Part shown: positions 1-11,760 of the stretch, in pieces | How the letters are laid out: every line of letters begins with the position of its first letter | How positions within the stretch are numbered: the stretch's first letter is position 1 | Assembly (NCBI GenBank): GCA_964016885.1 | Contig: OZ024741.1 | Location: forward strand, 195,920,001 to 195,984,000 | Reading direction: 5' to 3' | Length of the DNA: 64,000 nucleotides | Source: Eledone cirrhosa | Taxonomy: Eukaryota | Position numbers and translations under genes: made by a program | The notes under the pieces: model-generated | The model's database searches: none | What the model saw: the letters and a program-made list of their open reading frames with translations, nothing else | Told to the model about the DNA's origin: nothing

Positions 1-745
1 TCCCCTATCTAGGGCATCTAATGATGATGCTGCTATGCCAGTCCTTCGGTACGACCCCATTCTGTATGACTTGGTTTACTATCTGGGTGACCATAGTGTG
101 TCCCACCGTTCCAGATGCTTTCAGCATTTCAGCAACTATTTCTGAAGGCCCAGCCGCTTTGCCCGTCTTCATATCTTTGATTGCCTTACTTATTATACTA
201 CTTCAACTTGCACTGCTGGTCCCTCTATTGGATCGATGTGGGGAAACTGTCTTTCTCCCATTTATTCTTTTCATTTAGTAGCCTTTCGTAGTGACACTTC
301 CAAGCTACCTTCTTATCAGTGTCAGTGATGGCAAGTACACCATCATCATTACGGACACACTTCTCCCCGACAATATCATGGTTTTCTTTGACACATTGCC
401 TAGCAATCCTGAACACCTCACGTTTTTGGTCCTCGCGTTGTAGAACATGCTTGAACTTTCTTTCTTCTGCTTCCCTTCTTGCAAAGTACACTTGTCTCCT
501 AGCTTCCCTCCTGGCCACTTGATAGTCTTCTCTACTTCACCCATCCCGCCATACTTTCCACGCCTGCTTTTTGGCCTTGATTGACTCCTCCACCTTACTG
601 TTCCACCACCATGTTACTCTCCTCCTGCCTATAGGCCTGCTCCAGCCAGAGACTTCATCTGCCGCTTTTAGCAGGTTAACTTTCAGGAATTCCCACTGTT
701 CCTCTATATTGTACTTGATCTTCCTTACTGTCAAAAGCATCAAGT
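1..745 (-). mobile_element. Decayed RTE-clade LINE fragment (linker into N-terminal RT), running off the window start
   Basis: Minus-strand ORF pieces VTWWWNSKVEESIKAKKQAWKVW, RIARQCVKENHDIVGEKCVRNDDG and WKCHYERLLNE, then MKTGKAAGPSEIVAEMLKA...PKDW; interrupted by stops and frameshifts. Confidence 0.8.
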
Positions 746-842
746 AATATGCTTTTAAATTTATTACTGGCTGTGTGTGTATATATATATATATGTATAT
801 ATATAGTGTGTAACGTTTTTCGAAATATTTACTTCTGCATTC

Positions 843-918
843 ACAGATTGATTTTTTTAGTTTCAGAAGATCCCGTTAAGGGTGAAAGCAGCGATTCTTT
901 GCTTAAACTTTAATCTGT
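843..918 (+). ncRNA. Hammerhead-like ribozyme motif with non-canonical CAGAAGA core (PLE pseudo-LTR fragment)
   Basis: AGTTT-CAGAAGA-tCCC gttaa GGGt-GAAA-GCAG cgattct TTGC-T-T-AAACT. Stem I is AGTTT/AAACT, extended by ACAGATTG/TAATCTGT. A second copy lies on the minus strand at ~54601-54677. Confidence 0.5.
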
Positions 919-1074
919 TATTTTAATATATATATATATACATATATATATAATTATATATTCGTGTACAGATATTTTTGCATACACAATAACAAAATAT
1001 AAACAAACGTATTTATTTCACAAGGCTCGATAAGGATAAATATATATCAAATATATAAGAACCATAGAGCAAAT

Positions 1075-1103
1075 CCCGAGCAACGCCGGGCCATTCTGCT
1101 AGT
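1075..1103 (+). mobile_element. Helitron 3' terminus (hairpin + CTAG)
   Basis: CCCGAGCAACGCCGGG hairpin followed 8 nt later by CTAG|T; a closely similar hairpin ends the Helitron at ~9370-9396. Confidence 0.6.
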
Positions 1104-1959
1104 ATATGCTAAAGTATACAGATGTTTTCTACTAAACATTGGTTGATGGCTTATATAAAAGTTTCGAGTAGATGTTGGCCATAATATATTAATTGTGTAG
1201 ATATAAGTGCGAAATTTTCTAAAGTAGCTAGTCATTTAAATGTATACATGAAATTCAGTTGCGTAATTAATACTCTTGGGTCCCAAATAATAGAGGGAGG
1301 TGTTGGAAAATTGGTATTGTTTCTAGGTTGTCTCTGTTAATTTAAAAAAAAAACAGAATTAGTCATTTTGTTTACATATTGAGACCCAACCCATTGTAAT
1401 GTTCTTGTAATGTTCTTTTTTGTCATGTATAATGAAAATTAATTATTGCAGGAATGCTACCACTTAAAATAAAATTTCACTGGAGATAGAGTAGCAAAAT
1501 TTAATAAGTAGGGGGGGGGGGGTTATCTGAGACACAAGAGCAATTTTTAAAAATGAGGTGAAGTAGGAAAACCTTACATAGTTGTAAAGAAATAACAAGG
1601 GAGGGAACTGAGTGGGGCCCCAAAATTTGTATACTTGTGGGAAAGAAGGGCTGGATACAAGATTGAGACAAATAGAGGGAAAAGGATGTCAATGTTATAT
1701 GAGGTTGAATATAGTGATTAGGGTTAGCCTATATGGTGGGCAAAGGGGTAGAGGCATACTCATAGGAGAAAAAACTTTTTGTATGGGGGTGGGGGGTTAT
1801 ATTATGAGTAATATATGGTCTTTGGTTGAACCAATGAGATATAAAAGAAGAGTATTTGTCTAAGAGTAGTTCACTAATAGGTAGTCTCATATGTAAGTTA
1901 TTTAATTATAAAGAGATGTGGCAGTAATAGAGTTAGAACACATAAGGTGGTCATGTTAG

Positions 1960-2640
1960 GGCCATGAAAAAAGCACTCAGTCTACTCAGTAAGAGGTAGT
2001 ACTGGCACCACAACATAAAGCATCCGGTCTACTTTGTAATATGGATTGTACTAGTGGCACAACAAAAAGCACCCAGTCTGATCTGTAAAGTGGTAGCACC
2101 CAGTCTGCCTTGTAAGGTAGTTGGCATTAAAATAGGCACCCAGCCATAGTAAACTAAGCCAAAAAAGGAGCATATGAGTAAGATGTGGTCACCTGACCCG
2201 TCTAACCTCATAATACGACAGCCAGTCTTACACGAGCAAGCACGAAAAATAGATGTTAAACAGTGATGATGATGATACAGTCTACATTTAATAAGCTATA
2301 AAGAATAAAACTAATCAATAATGAAGGAACTATTCACTAAATGTTTTTACATCTGTTTTTCAATGCTTACATGGGTTAGACATATCCTCTCCAGTAAAGC
2401 ATCTCTCTATTTGCTTCTTTTCTTTGTCATCTCCTTTGTAAGACTAAGTTTCTTGAGATCAGCTTTTACCATCTCACCCATGTTTTCCTTGGTCATCCTA
2501 TTCCATGGCTACCTTCCGCTTGGAACTCTTGGTACTTTTTCATCCAGTGATCATTATTTTCTCTTGCACATTATATTTGATTCCTCTTCTACCTAGTTTT
2601 TCTCTCAGTTCATTAGTACTTCATCAGTTATGCTCATTAC
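1960..2640. mobile_element. RTE-LINE/SINE 3'-tail fragments (+ copy ~1960-2275; - copy ~2340-2640)
   Basis: Tail motifs shared with the SINE 3' ends in this window (aaaagcacccagt, aggcacccagcc, aaatagatgttaaa followed by (gat)n); the reverse-complement tail ttttacatctgtttttcaatgcttacatgggtt is at ~2345-2378. Confidence 0.5.
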
Positions 2641-3172
2641 CATGCAACAGAACACTTCATTTGCAGTCATCATATAATCTACTCATTGCTTTGGAGAGAG
2701 AGAGAATCCCATTGTTGCAAACGGGTAGCAGTTCCGTGAACTCTTTCACTCTGTTCTTCGTCTAGCTACTATGCTTTCGGAGCAACCTCTTCCATTGCTA
2801 ATTAGGTCAGTTAACAGAAGCTATCAATTACTGCTATGAAACCTTTTCACTGGTGCTATGAAATCTTCTCCCTGTGTATCTGCCATATACAAAGTCTACC
2901 TTTTCTGTTAGTCTGCCACCTATTCCATTACCACTCTTATGTACCCATATATAAAATTCCTACATACTCATTTTCTGTATATTTTCCTTTATACAGCTCA
3001 TCTCACTTTGCCAGCAAGATTTGTCTTGTCCAAGTACACATTGTAGCACTAGTGATATAATAGTATATTTATATTTATCTAACCATTTATCCATCCATAA
3101 ACTCACTCAGTTAAGAATATACATGTTATTATTTCATTTTTTTTTTTTCTATTTTATTTATCGGTTACTTAG

Positions 3173-3302
3173 TTTGAGTCTGAAGGAGTTAATATTGGCC
3201 AACTTTTCTTGAATATTAAAGAGATTTACGAAACGTCTGAGAAGTTATTAAAGCTTCTGAACAAATATGTCAAAGGATTTGATTTTGATCAACAAACTGT
3301 TG
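3173..3302 (+). CDS. Exon A of a DH-domain RhoGEF (Tuba/DNMBP-ARHGEF37/38-like)
   Basis: Polypyrimidine tract + AG (3171-3172), GTAAGT donor at 3303. The 130 nt translate FESEGVNIGQLFLNIKEIYETSEKLLKLLNKYVKGFDFDQQTV-G, containing the DH 'LF.NI..I' motif; ends in phase 1. Confidence 0.85.
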
Positions 3303-3339
3303 GTAAGTGAATGCTTATTATTATTATTATCATTATTAG

Positions 3340-3538
3340 GGCGGTGAATTGGCAGTATCGGTAGAGGGTTGGACGCCATACTTTGACGCATAGAGTTACA
3401 GCCATCGCCATTCTGAGTTCAAATCCCGCCGAGGTTAACTTTGCCTTTCATCCTTACGGAGTCGATAAAATAAAGTACCAGTAATGCACTGGGATAATTG
3501 CTGGCCTTGTGCCAAAAGTAGAAACAATTATTATTATT
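3340..3538 (+). mobile_element. tRNA-derived SINE, family 2
   Basis: Head ggcggtgaattggcag, B-box-like gagttcaaatccc, body ctttgcctttcatcc...gtcgataaaataaagtaccag, (att)n on both sides. Related copies at ~3865-4056 (+), ~4915-5060 (-), ~20170-20355 (-) and ~21553-21750 (+). Confidence 0.8.
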
Positions 3539-3614
3539 TGTATTCTTACCTTTAATTGGCTATATTTATATTCTTACCTTTAATTGGACCTTTACAAAGC
3601 ACTGAGAGTAGAAA

Positions 3615-3820
3615 GTTAATATAAAGAATAGTGTGCTAATGCGCTGAGATGCTATAAAATAGAGGAAACGAACCCCATATCTCCCAGATACCAGCTGGGA
3701 GATGTAGGGTTTGATTCCTCATAGCAGCCAATGGTAACCTCTTTTTCTGTCTTTTAAGGGCCTTCACTTTATTATGTAAGCTCTCTCTCAGCGACTGAGC
3801 ACATCATTTTTCATATTAAT
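3615..3820. repeat. Palindromic MITE-like element with an internal 26-bp hairpin
   Basis: GAGGAAACGAACCCCATATCTCCCAG / CTGGGAGATGTAGGGTTTGATTCCTC (3662-3720) inside outer imperfect inverted repeats gtgctaatgcgctgaga / tctcagcgactgagcac. Confidence 0.5.
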
Positions 3821-3864
3821 ATATGTATATTACTTCTCATACTTTATTTTTTCACATGTTTTTA

Positions 3865-4056
3865 GGGCTGTGGACTGGCAATATCAGTATTTAGTTACGA
3901 CTTCCTACATTCTGAGTTCAAATTCTACTGAGGTCAACTTTGCCTTTCATACTTCTAGTGTCGATAAAATATAATACCAGTTAAGTACTTGGGTTGATAT
4001 AATCAACTTCCCCTCTCCCCAAATTGTTGGCCATGCACCAATGCTAGAAACAATTA
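3865..4056 (+). mobile_element. tRNA-derived SINE, family 2 (diverged copy)
   Basis: ttctgagttcaaattctactgaggtcaactttgcctttcat...gtcgataaaat...taccag matches 3410-3481. Confidence 0.75.
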
Positions 4057-4914
4057 TTTCTCACTTGTTTTGTCACACATAACAGAAAATATCAATTATT
4101 AAATGTAAAAATCCAGTTCAATTATGCTTGAACAGTTGCAGACATTATAGCATTTCTGTCATTGTGTTTGAGACTTAAAACATGTGGTTCCTGTTTTACA
4201 GGTTCCTAGGAAATTGTTGAAGAAACTTCACTGTTTCATTAAGTGTCATTAAGCTTATTGAAAAATGTTCCCTCATTCTCTTGTTACGATAGCTACTAGC
4301 GAAGGAAAGAACGTTTTTAGTGGTCATTACAGTGGCCGTAACAGAGATTATTATTATTTAGGTCCAGATCAATCCTTATTGGGTATACTTTTCATCATTG
4401 GATTTAACTATCCCATATTTTGTTTGTATATCAAGAACTACATTGTCCAATGTGTCCTTTTTTTAAACGCATGTATCTGAGACAATTTGGTTTCTATATC
4501 TAGCAAGTCAAATGACCATGTAGAGGCTCCCTCAGTAGTGTAGAACAATAATGGTAGTAGTCAGTGGTAGTTATATTGCTGTTGGATTTGCTAATGTTGC
4601 ATGGCACCATGGGCAAGTGACTTCTGCTATAGCTTTGGACTGACCAATGCTTTGTGATGGAATTTGGTAGATAGGATCATTGTTTGTTTTATGTCTGTTT
4701 AGAAGTGAACCTATAAACCATACAGCCATTAGTTAAAAAGGTGCTAGTGGTTGAAATATTGTCATACCACCACAAATTAATTAAATTTGCAACAGGGTTG
4801 TATGATACAGTCTCAATAAACTATTTAACTAAAATCTTTCACTCTAATACACAAGACCATCCACCACCATCACCAGCGACCGGGCCTTAAGAAAACAACA
4901 ACTATAATAATAGT

Positions 4915-5060
4915 AATTATTCTGTTCTTGGCACGGGGAAACGATTCTCCCAGCGCATTGCTGGTGCCTTGTTTTGTCGGCTCCTTGGGGACAAAGGACA
5001 GGGTTGACCTCGGCAGGATTTGGGCCCTTAGCATGGAGGGCCGTAGCTCTATGCTGTAAA
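4915..5060 (-). mobile_element. SINE family 2 partial copy with strong A>G skew on the + strand
   Basis: Aligns to the reverse complement of ~3390-3530 (cccagcgcattgctggtgccttgttttgtcggctcc vs cccagtgcattactggtactttattttatcgactcc). Confidence 0.7.
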
Positions 5061-5309
5061 ACAATTATTATAATAATACTGAACAGTAACACACAGCTTC
5101 AATTATACGAACTCTTTCGAAAGTCAACAGTTTGAACCCCGTTTTCACCCCCCCCCCCGCCCATTTGGGTTTTTTTGGGGGTTTTTTTGTAGTACATTCA
5201 TCCATTCACTCATTCATTTGCTAACATTCTACCTTCTTGTGTGTCCCCCTCCATGCAACCCCTTCTTTTCTCTCTTGTCTTCTTCTGAAGCCTCTACATC
5301 TGATTTAAG

Positions 5310-7960
5310 TAAGCTATGAGGCTCTCTTACCAGCACTTTCCCTTCCACCCACACCAGTCAGCCACTCACCCTCAATGCCGCATCCCCCATCCCCCCAAGC
5401 CGACACCTGTAGCACTTGCAGCACCACTAACAGATGGAAGAGGGGCCGGAACTGTTCGGGGTGCGCCTGCTTCCACCACCTCACCTGTGTTGGCTTGATA
5501 CGTTGTGCTTCCAGTGCCCTCTCAGTGTGGAGATACAGGAACTGCCTCTTCCCCTCATCTGCCCAGCCACGGCCGTCTGGCACACCACCAGATGAGACAG
5601 CGAGCTTGCCTGACGCCCAAGCCTCACTGGTCAACATCGCTCGGCTCAGGCGGCTCCGGAAGATCCCACTCAGGATCCCGAGAGCGGCACGTGTGCCGGT
5701 AGCCGATGCCCTCGCCTCCTCGATTGAGAGCGCCCTGGACTCCAATGGAGCGATTGACATGGGAGCGACTCTTTTAATTCACCCCACTCACCCTCAGCCT
5801 CCCCAGCTCTGGTGTTGACTGGGGCGGCCGGTCGACAGCAGCCTTCGTCAAGGCCAATGTTTCGTCCTTTGGGCAAGCGGCCATTCCAAGCATGCCTAGG
5901 GACGCCAAACACCCCACCATCGGGTACTCTCAATCCTCCACCCCTGAGGCCAGTGCCAAGCATTTGCGCAACCGTGTAAATGCTAAATTAATTATGGGTG
6001 ATGTCTCGGCCGCAGTCATAGTGGTTGCCTCAGAGGACACTGTCCTCCAACCCACCGAGGAGCTCCTGGCTCTCCTGCGACTCAAGTACGCTGAGCCACC
6101 CGCTGATCTCAGACACATACCACCACTTGCTCCTTGTGGCTTCTGATGCAGACATCATGTCCGCCATCAAGTTCTTCCCAGCTAGCAGCAGCAGAGGTGC
6201 TGATGGTCTCTGACCAGGCCACCTCAAGGAGCTGTTATCCCTCCTCTCCGCTGAGGCCGGGCACCACCTTCTGAGAGCAATTGTGGCGTTCACCAATAGG
6301 CTCATCCATGGCACCCTAGACCCTCAAGCTCGAGGCCTCTTTTTTCGGCTAGCCTCACCGCTCTCAGGAAGAAAGAGGGTGGCATACGCCCCATTGCTGT
6401 GGGCAATGTCTTCCGGAGGCTGGTTGCCTAGGTGGTCTGCAAGTCCATAACACCCAAACTGGGTGAGGAGTTCAGTCCAATGTAATTGGGTGTCAGCGTG
6501 TCCGGTGGCTGTGAGAGGGCTGCACATGCAACCAGGCAGTTCTTCAACAGCTGCCCACCGGAACTGGCATCCAGGGACTCCAGGCACCTCATTGTCAAGC
6601 TTGACATGAGGAATGCCTTCCACTGCTTATGCCGCCGGGACTATCTGCTCGATACCTGCCTCAGCCGAGCCCCTCTGCCTACCCGTTGGCCTACCTGTCG
6701 TATGGAGTCCTGAGCATGCTCCTTGTTGCCGATACGGTCATACCTTCGGCCACTGGGGTCCAACAGGGTGACCCTTTGGGACTCCTCCTGTTTGCCCTTG
6801 GTATAGACCACATTGCCCAGAGTATCACAGCCCCTCTCAATGTTTGGTATCTGGATGATGCTACATTGGGCGGGCCCGTACAAACTGTCTGCCATGACCT
6901 ACAATCAGTGGTTCCTGCCCTGGCAGGAATCGGCCTTCAGGTCAACTCAGCCAAGTCGGACGTGGTGAATGTCAGCCACGATGCTGAGAGCTTTGCAGCC
7001 TCCATCTCAGACATGTGGTCTATTCTCCACCAGGTACAGGTGACCCCTAAAGAGGATGTCCTCATCCTCGGGTCACCGATCCACCCGCCGGCCATCCGCT
7101 CCACCATCAGGTCCAGGCTTGGTCGCCGGCTACCCAACTCTCTTTCTGTTGAGGAACTGCTTCGCCATGCCAAAGCTCCTCTATACCATTTGCAGCGCTC
7201 CGTGCTACACCCAAACATCTCTCCTCGCTGACCTCGATACTTGTATCCGAGCAGCATTTGAGGAGATATGCAACGTCAAGTTTGATGGCATTGGATGGCA
7301 ACAGGCCACTTTCCTGTCAGGTATGGCGGCCTTGGCCTCTGGTCCCCGATCTTACTGGCTTTGCCGGCGTATCTTTTGTCGGTAACCTCGTGCCACGTCC
7401 TCGTCAGCAGGGTTTTTCTAAACAATAGAACCCTCTGTGTTCAGAGAACGTGAGGCCGCCTGTGAGACTTGGGACCGGTTGGGACTTAGCCCAGTAGATG
7501 TCCCTCCTCCTTCTCCCCCTGTTGACGTCAAGTCCCTCAAAAGCACTTGGGATGCCATCCAGTGCAGCCTGGCCTCAGACAGGCTCACGCGCCAGCTCGT
7601 CTAGCACCGCCTTGCCTGTTTTCGTGCGGCCTCCAAACCCCACAGTGGTGCCTGGCTCCATGCCCTGCCCTCTTCCACTGGCACGCAACTAGACAACAAT
7701 AGCCTGCAAATCAGGGTTTTACTGAGGCTTGGCCTCCGGATCTGCCAGCCACACCAATGTCGTTGCGGATCCACCGTGGACTCTTTCGGCCTCCACCCGC
7801 TTTCCTGTCGCCACAGTGCCGGCCACCTTCCACGCCATGCTGCCCTCTACGAGGTCATAAAGCATGGCTTGGACACTGCAGATTTCCCTTCCCAGCTCGA
7901 GCCGGTGGGGCTGGACCAAGGGGACGGCAAAAGTCGCGTATCATTCCATATTTAAGTATG
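5310..7960 (+). mobile_element. Decayed CRE-like non-LTR retrotransposon (RT + CCHC knuckle + start of restriction-like endonuclease)
   Basis: GC-rich island with RT motifs GGIRPIAVGNVFRRLVA, LGVSVSGGCERAAHATR, KLDMRNAF, GVQQGDPLGLLLF and WYLDDATLGG, then [24 protein letters not shown]...RH...LEPVGL..GDGK typical of RLE-bearing CRE elements; several stops and frameshifts. Confidence 0.8.
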
Positions 7961-7999
7961 GTCGTAAATGCTTCCCTCTCTGTATCCATATGAGATGCA

Positions 8000-8560
8000 C
8001 AAGACAGTTATGAGGACGATGTGCAACATGTGTCGATAGACATACACAAGATAACTGTTGAAAATTGCAAACCTTTAGATATACCATTCTTTGATTTAAT
8101 CCTTTTGATACTAATCTGCCAAAAACAGTCTCTGTTTCTATTAAATAAAACCTCTGATTTTAAAGGGTCCCTACTTAAAAATAAAAGCTTCCTTGATAAT
8201 TTTATATAAGAGCATTTTATTAGGTTACAAATACCAATTGTCAAGGTTTGCTCCTTCCGAACCCTCTTTGGGGTATTGAGATATTCAATCTTTGGTGTCC
8301 ATCCCACAACTCCCAGGACAGGTTGCAAGCCCAAAGGCATGAAATGGAGACTGAATGTTTCCCTTATTAACCCGCATGAAGGACAATGTGGTATGATTCT
8401 TTTTCTTACCACTCACCGTATTGCAGTTTTGATGGTTTTATTGTCGCCAGTTTCTAATCTGGTACTTTCTCAAACCCGCAATGACTAAGCTTTTTTAGGG
8501 GTGGCCTTTACTTGCCTCATCAAAGCTACATCACTGGGTTGTGATAGTATTCTTGGAAGC
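8000..8560 (-). mobile_element. Probable L1/Tx1-like LINE 3' fragment (zf-RVT-like)
   Basis: Minus-strand CPSCGLIRETFSLH followed after frameshifts by GCN.SWELW gives a Cx2C..ET..H...C pattern; heavily decayed. Confidence 0.4.
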
Positions 8561-8809
8561 AACAAAAACCATCTTAATAAAATTATAGTTTTAGTAAACC
8601 CTTCCCAAATTCTTCATTAATTAATTTAAATACAAAGTATTTCATTAGAAATGTGGTAAGAAGAGAGTTAGATAAATACAATTAACCATATGATAATGAA
8701 TAACCAAACATAATTTTGGAAACAGATGGTGGCATATCAGCTTATTACTCTAATAGAATTACAACAAAATTCTTTCTTCTCTCATCTTCTTTGCCCTCTT
8801 ATTCATGGG

Positions 8810-9075
8810 AGAGTCGTGGGGGAAAAGTCTTCAAACACACTTTCCAGTAGGTCCTGTCAGATGCAACCATTTCCACTTGATCTGGCTGGATCTCCAAGCA
8901 AGGCCGACAATCTCAACCTGGTTGGTTTTGCCGATAAAATCTATCCAGTATTTCTTACCTGAGACATTCTAACCACATATCCATAATATCAGAGCTATGA
9001 TCTCTCAATTTGGAGAATTATTTGTATACTAGACAAATCCAGTTGATTCTCCGTTAGAGAATGCTTTCTGTACTT
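8810..9075 (-). mobile_element. LINE (RTE/CR1-like) C-terminal fragment
   Basis: Minus-strand IERS*L*YYGYVVRMSQ...ILSAKPT resembles the RTE C-terminal 'LRWYGHVxRM' motif. Confidence 0.45.
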
Positions 9076-9369
9076 GGCGATAGATAGATAGAGACAGAAA
9101 GAGTAATACATAGACAGGTGTGTGTGTTGCAGAAGCTAGTGTTTTATTTCACTGTCATTTCTAGCAAAACCAGTTACCACAACGTTGATAGATAGATAGG
9201 AATATATAGAGACAGAAAAAGTAAATAAATAGATACAACACAATCTGTGTGTGTGATAGAAGCTCTTTTATTTTGCTGTCATTTCTAGCAAGAGAGGTTA
9301 CCACAACAAAGCTCTTTGTATGACAGACAGGCACACAGACAAATAGATAAAGAGCCAACTGCAGGCCCT

Positions 9370-11760
9370 CTAACAGAGGCACCCGGCGTTGCCCAGGAAT
9401 GAAGAAAGCAAAACATGTTGTATAGAAATTTGTTATTCTAAATCCCATTTATTCTTCAATTGAGGTACATGATGAAATCAATTCTGAATTCATAATACGA
9501 AAATTAATAAAAAATGAAAATACAAAACCTATCACTTTTATGAGGGGAGATAAATTCTATCACATATGTTGAAGGAAATTATGTAAGAGCTTCTGGGTAA
9601 ACAACATTCTTTGTTTTCTGGTTCAAAGCATAATAGACAAATAAATAATGTAAAGTTGACCTTGAGAAAAGCAAGGCTTGATTAAGTGCAAACTAGTAGA
9701 TTTCAAAGTCTGACCTTCAGCTTTATTGATAGACATTGTGAAGCAAAGTTGCACTGAGAATTGTATTCACTTGAACTCAAATGGCATGTCTGTTGGTTTG
9801 AAAACATCTTCATTCTTAGAATGAAAACATCTTCCCAGAAACACATCCAGGGATGATGGTAGCTTCTATCACATAAGGTGATAATGTCTTCACAATCAAC
9901 CTTCTCCCATTGCATAATTTAGGAGAATCTAAATTTCTTAGAAGCATTATTGGACTCCAAACTTCAGGAAGTTTATGTGGAGCAGTTGCAGGTGGCTCAA
10001 GAGAATTAAGGAACTGTGTTGGGTAGTGGACAGCTTGATTTTCATCAAGGACTGAATCAACTGATTTGTACTCCTTAATAACTGTTGGAATCTTATTCAT
10101 TAGCTCATGAATAAGATTCCCTTGCTAGTGTCTCATTTTTTTTTGGACAAGAAATGCCTTTTCACGCAACCATTTGTGTGAATTATAATTATTAAATCGG
10201 GAAATACCCTGTCCTTCAATTCAGCTGGTAAATCCACCATGATAGCAATATAAGCCAAGTTGATATAACCATTCCCATCAATTGGTACTTTCCAATTTCC
10301 TAATTGAAGGAGTCGGGTTGAAAACTGTTTTGTACATTGGTCCCTGTGTAATAAAGCTCACATGTTAGTATCAAAGAATTTCTGTACATTATTCCATAGC
10401 TGCAAAGACTTAATGCATGCTTTTATTTCATCAGCTCTTGTTCCGCTGGGAATGACTGGTAATGTCTGTCTGAAGTCTCCTGATAAAACTAATGTAACTC
10501 CTCCCATAGATGTATTGTTGTCTCTTATGTCCTATAAGGTCTTATCAAGAGTTTCCAGTGTACCTCTATGTGACATGGTGCATTCATCCCAAATGACCAG
10601 GTGGCATTGACGCAACACTTCTGCTGAACCTGAGCCTTTGCTTATGTTACAAATTGGACTGCCATTTGTGACCAAATTGCGGTAATTTAAAAGCAGAATG
10701 AGCTGTTTGTCCTCCTGGGAGAAGAGTGGCAACACTGCCAGACCATGCTACAGCGACTGCAATTCATTTTTGTTGCTTTACCTTGGAGGGAAGCAATGTT
10801 GTTACAAATGCTTTACCTGTGCCACCAGACTCTTACAAATTCTTACCTCCCGTGGCCAAAATTAATCCTCAATTTCAATCAGTGCTTGATTGAATATTTC
10901 TTCAGAGAACTGAATATTGATATCTGGGTTTGCCTGCTGAACTGCATACTTTAAGTCCCCAGCCCTGTCCTCTTGATATTTCATCCAATGCTGTAGGGGA
11001 CTGCCAATTTGGCACATGTTCAGCATAATGGCAAAAAGGTTACAGAGTTTCCTTGGAGAACCTGATACAGATGCTTCAATCAATGCAAGGTCTCAATGAT
11101 CATCATTTTCCTACAAACCTTTTTGACAGTATACTTCCATATAAGTTTCATACACATGGCTATTTACTCTCCTCAAATTTTGGAATGATTTGGGACTACG
11201 TACTTCATGCAAAAGGATCAGTTGAATGATGGCTGAGTGTCTCTCATGAATAGGAAAATTGAAGATGCACCAAAAAGCCTCATTGTTAATGATGCATCTT
11301 CCTCACTCACACTGTGCAACTTCATTATTTTTGTTTATCTGCTGACTGCCATTCTGCATAAGAGTGTATGTTGCAGGATCTAAACCTTTGTTTTCATATT
11401 TACAAACATAATTAATAGACTTAACAGAGTTGCAGAATTCAACATTGATATGGGCTTTAAAGGTTTTTGTAAGAAGAGGACAGTAGGGTACAACTCACCA
11501 ATTGTCAATGATGAATTCTTTCCTCATTTCTCATTTTTTTTCGAAGTTAATCTACCATGCCCAGGATTTCTTCTCCTGTAAAGGAGTTAGCCATCTTCTC
11601 CAGTTTGGGATTCTCATACCGAGGTACGTGGGTAGTTCTTGGTACACTTATCATCCCTCATGCATGGGAAGGATGGGTTAATTGAACCACTGGGCCCATG
11701 AATCATCTGTGACTTGACAATTTCATGCAGCAAAGGATATTATGTAACCAAATCAAAATG
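9370..11760 (-). mobile_element. Decayed autonomous-type Helitron (Rep-region remnant + PIF1 helicase) with 3' hairpin
   Basis: MIHGP...CTKNYP, VPYCPLLTKTFKAHINVEFCNSVKSINYVCKY, IWDECTMSH, GGVTLVLSGDFRQTLPVIP, PIMLLRNLDSPKLCNGRRL and TMSINKAEGQTL; 3' end CCTGGGCAACGCCGGG...TTAG (CTAG variant) at 9370-9396. Confidence 0.88.
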
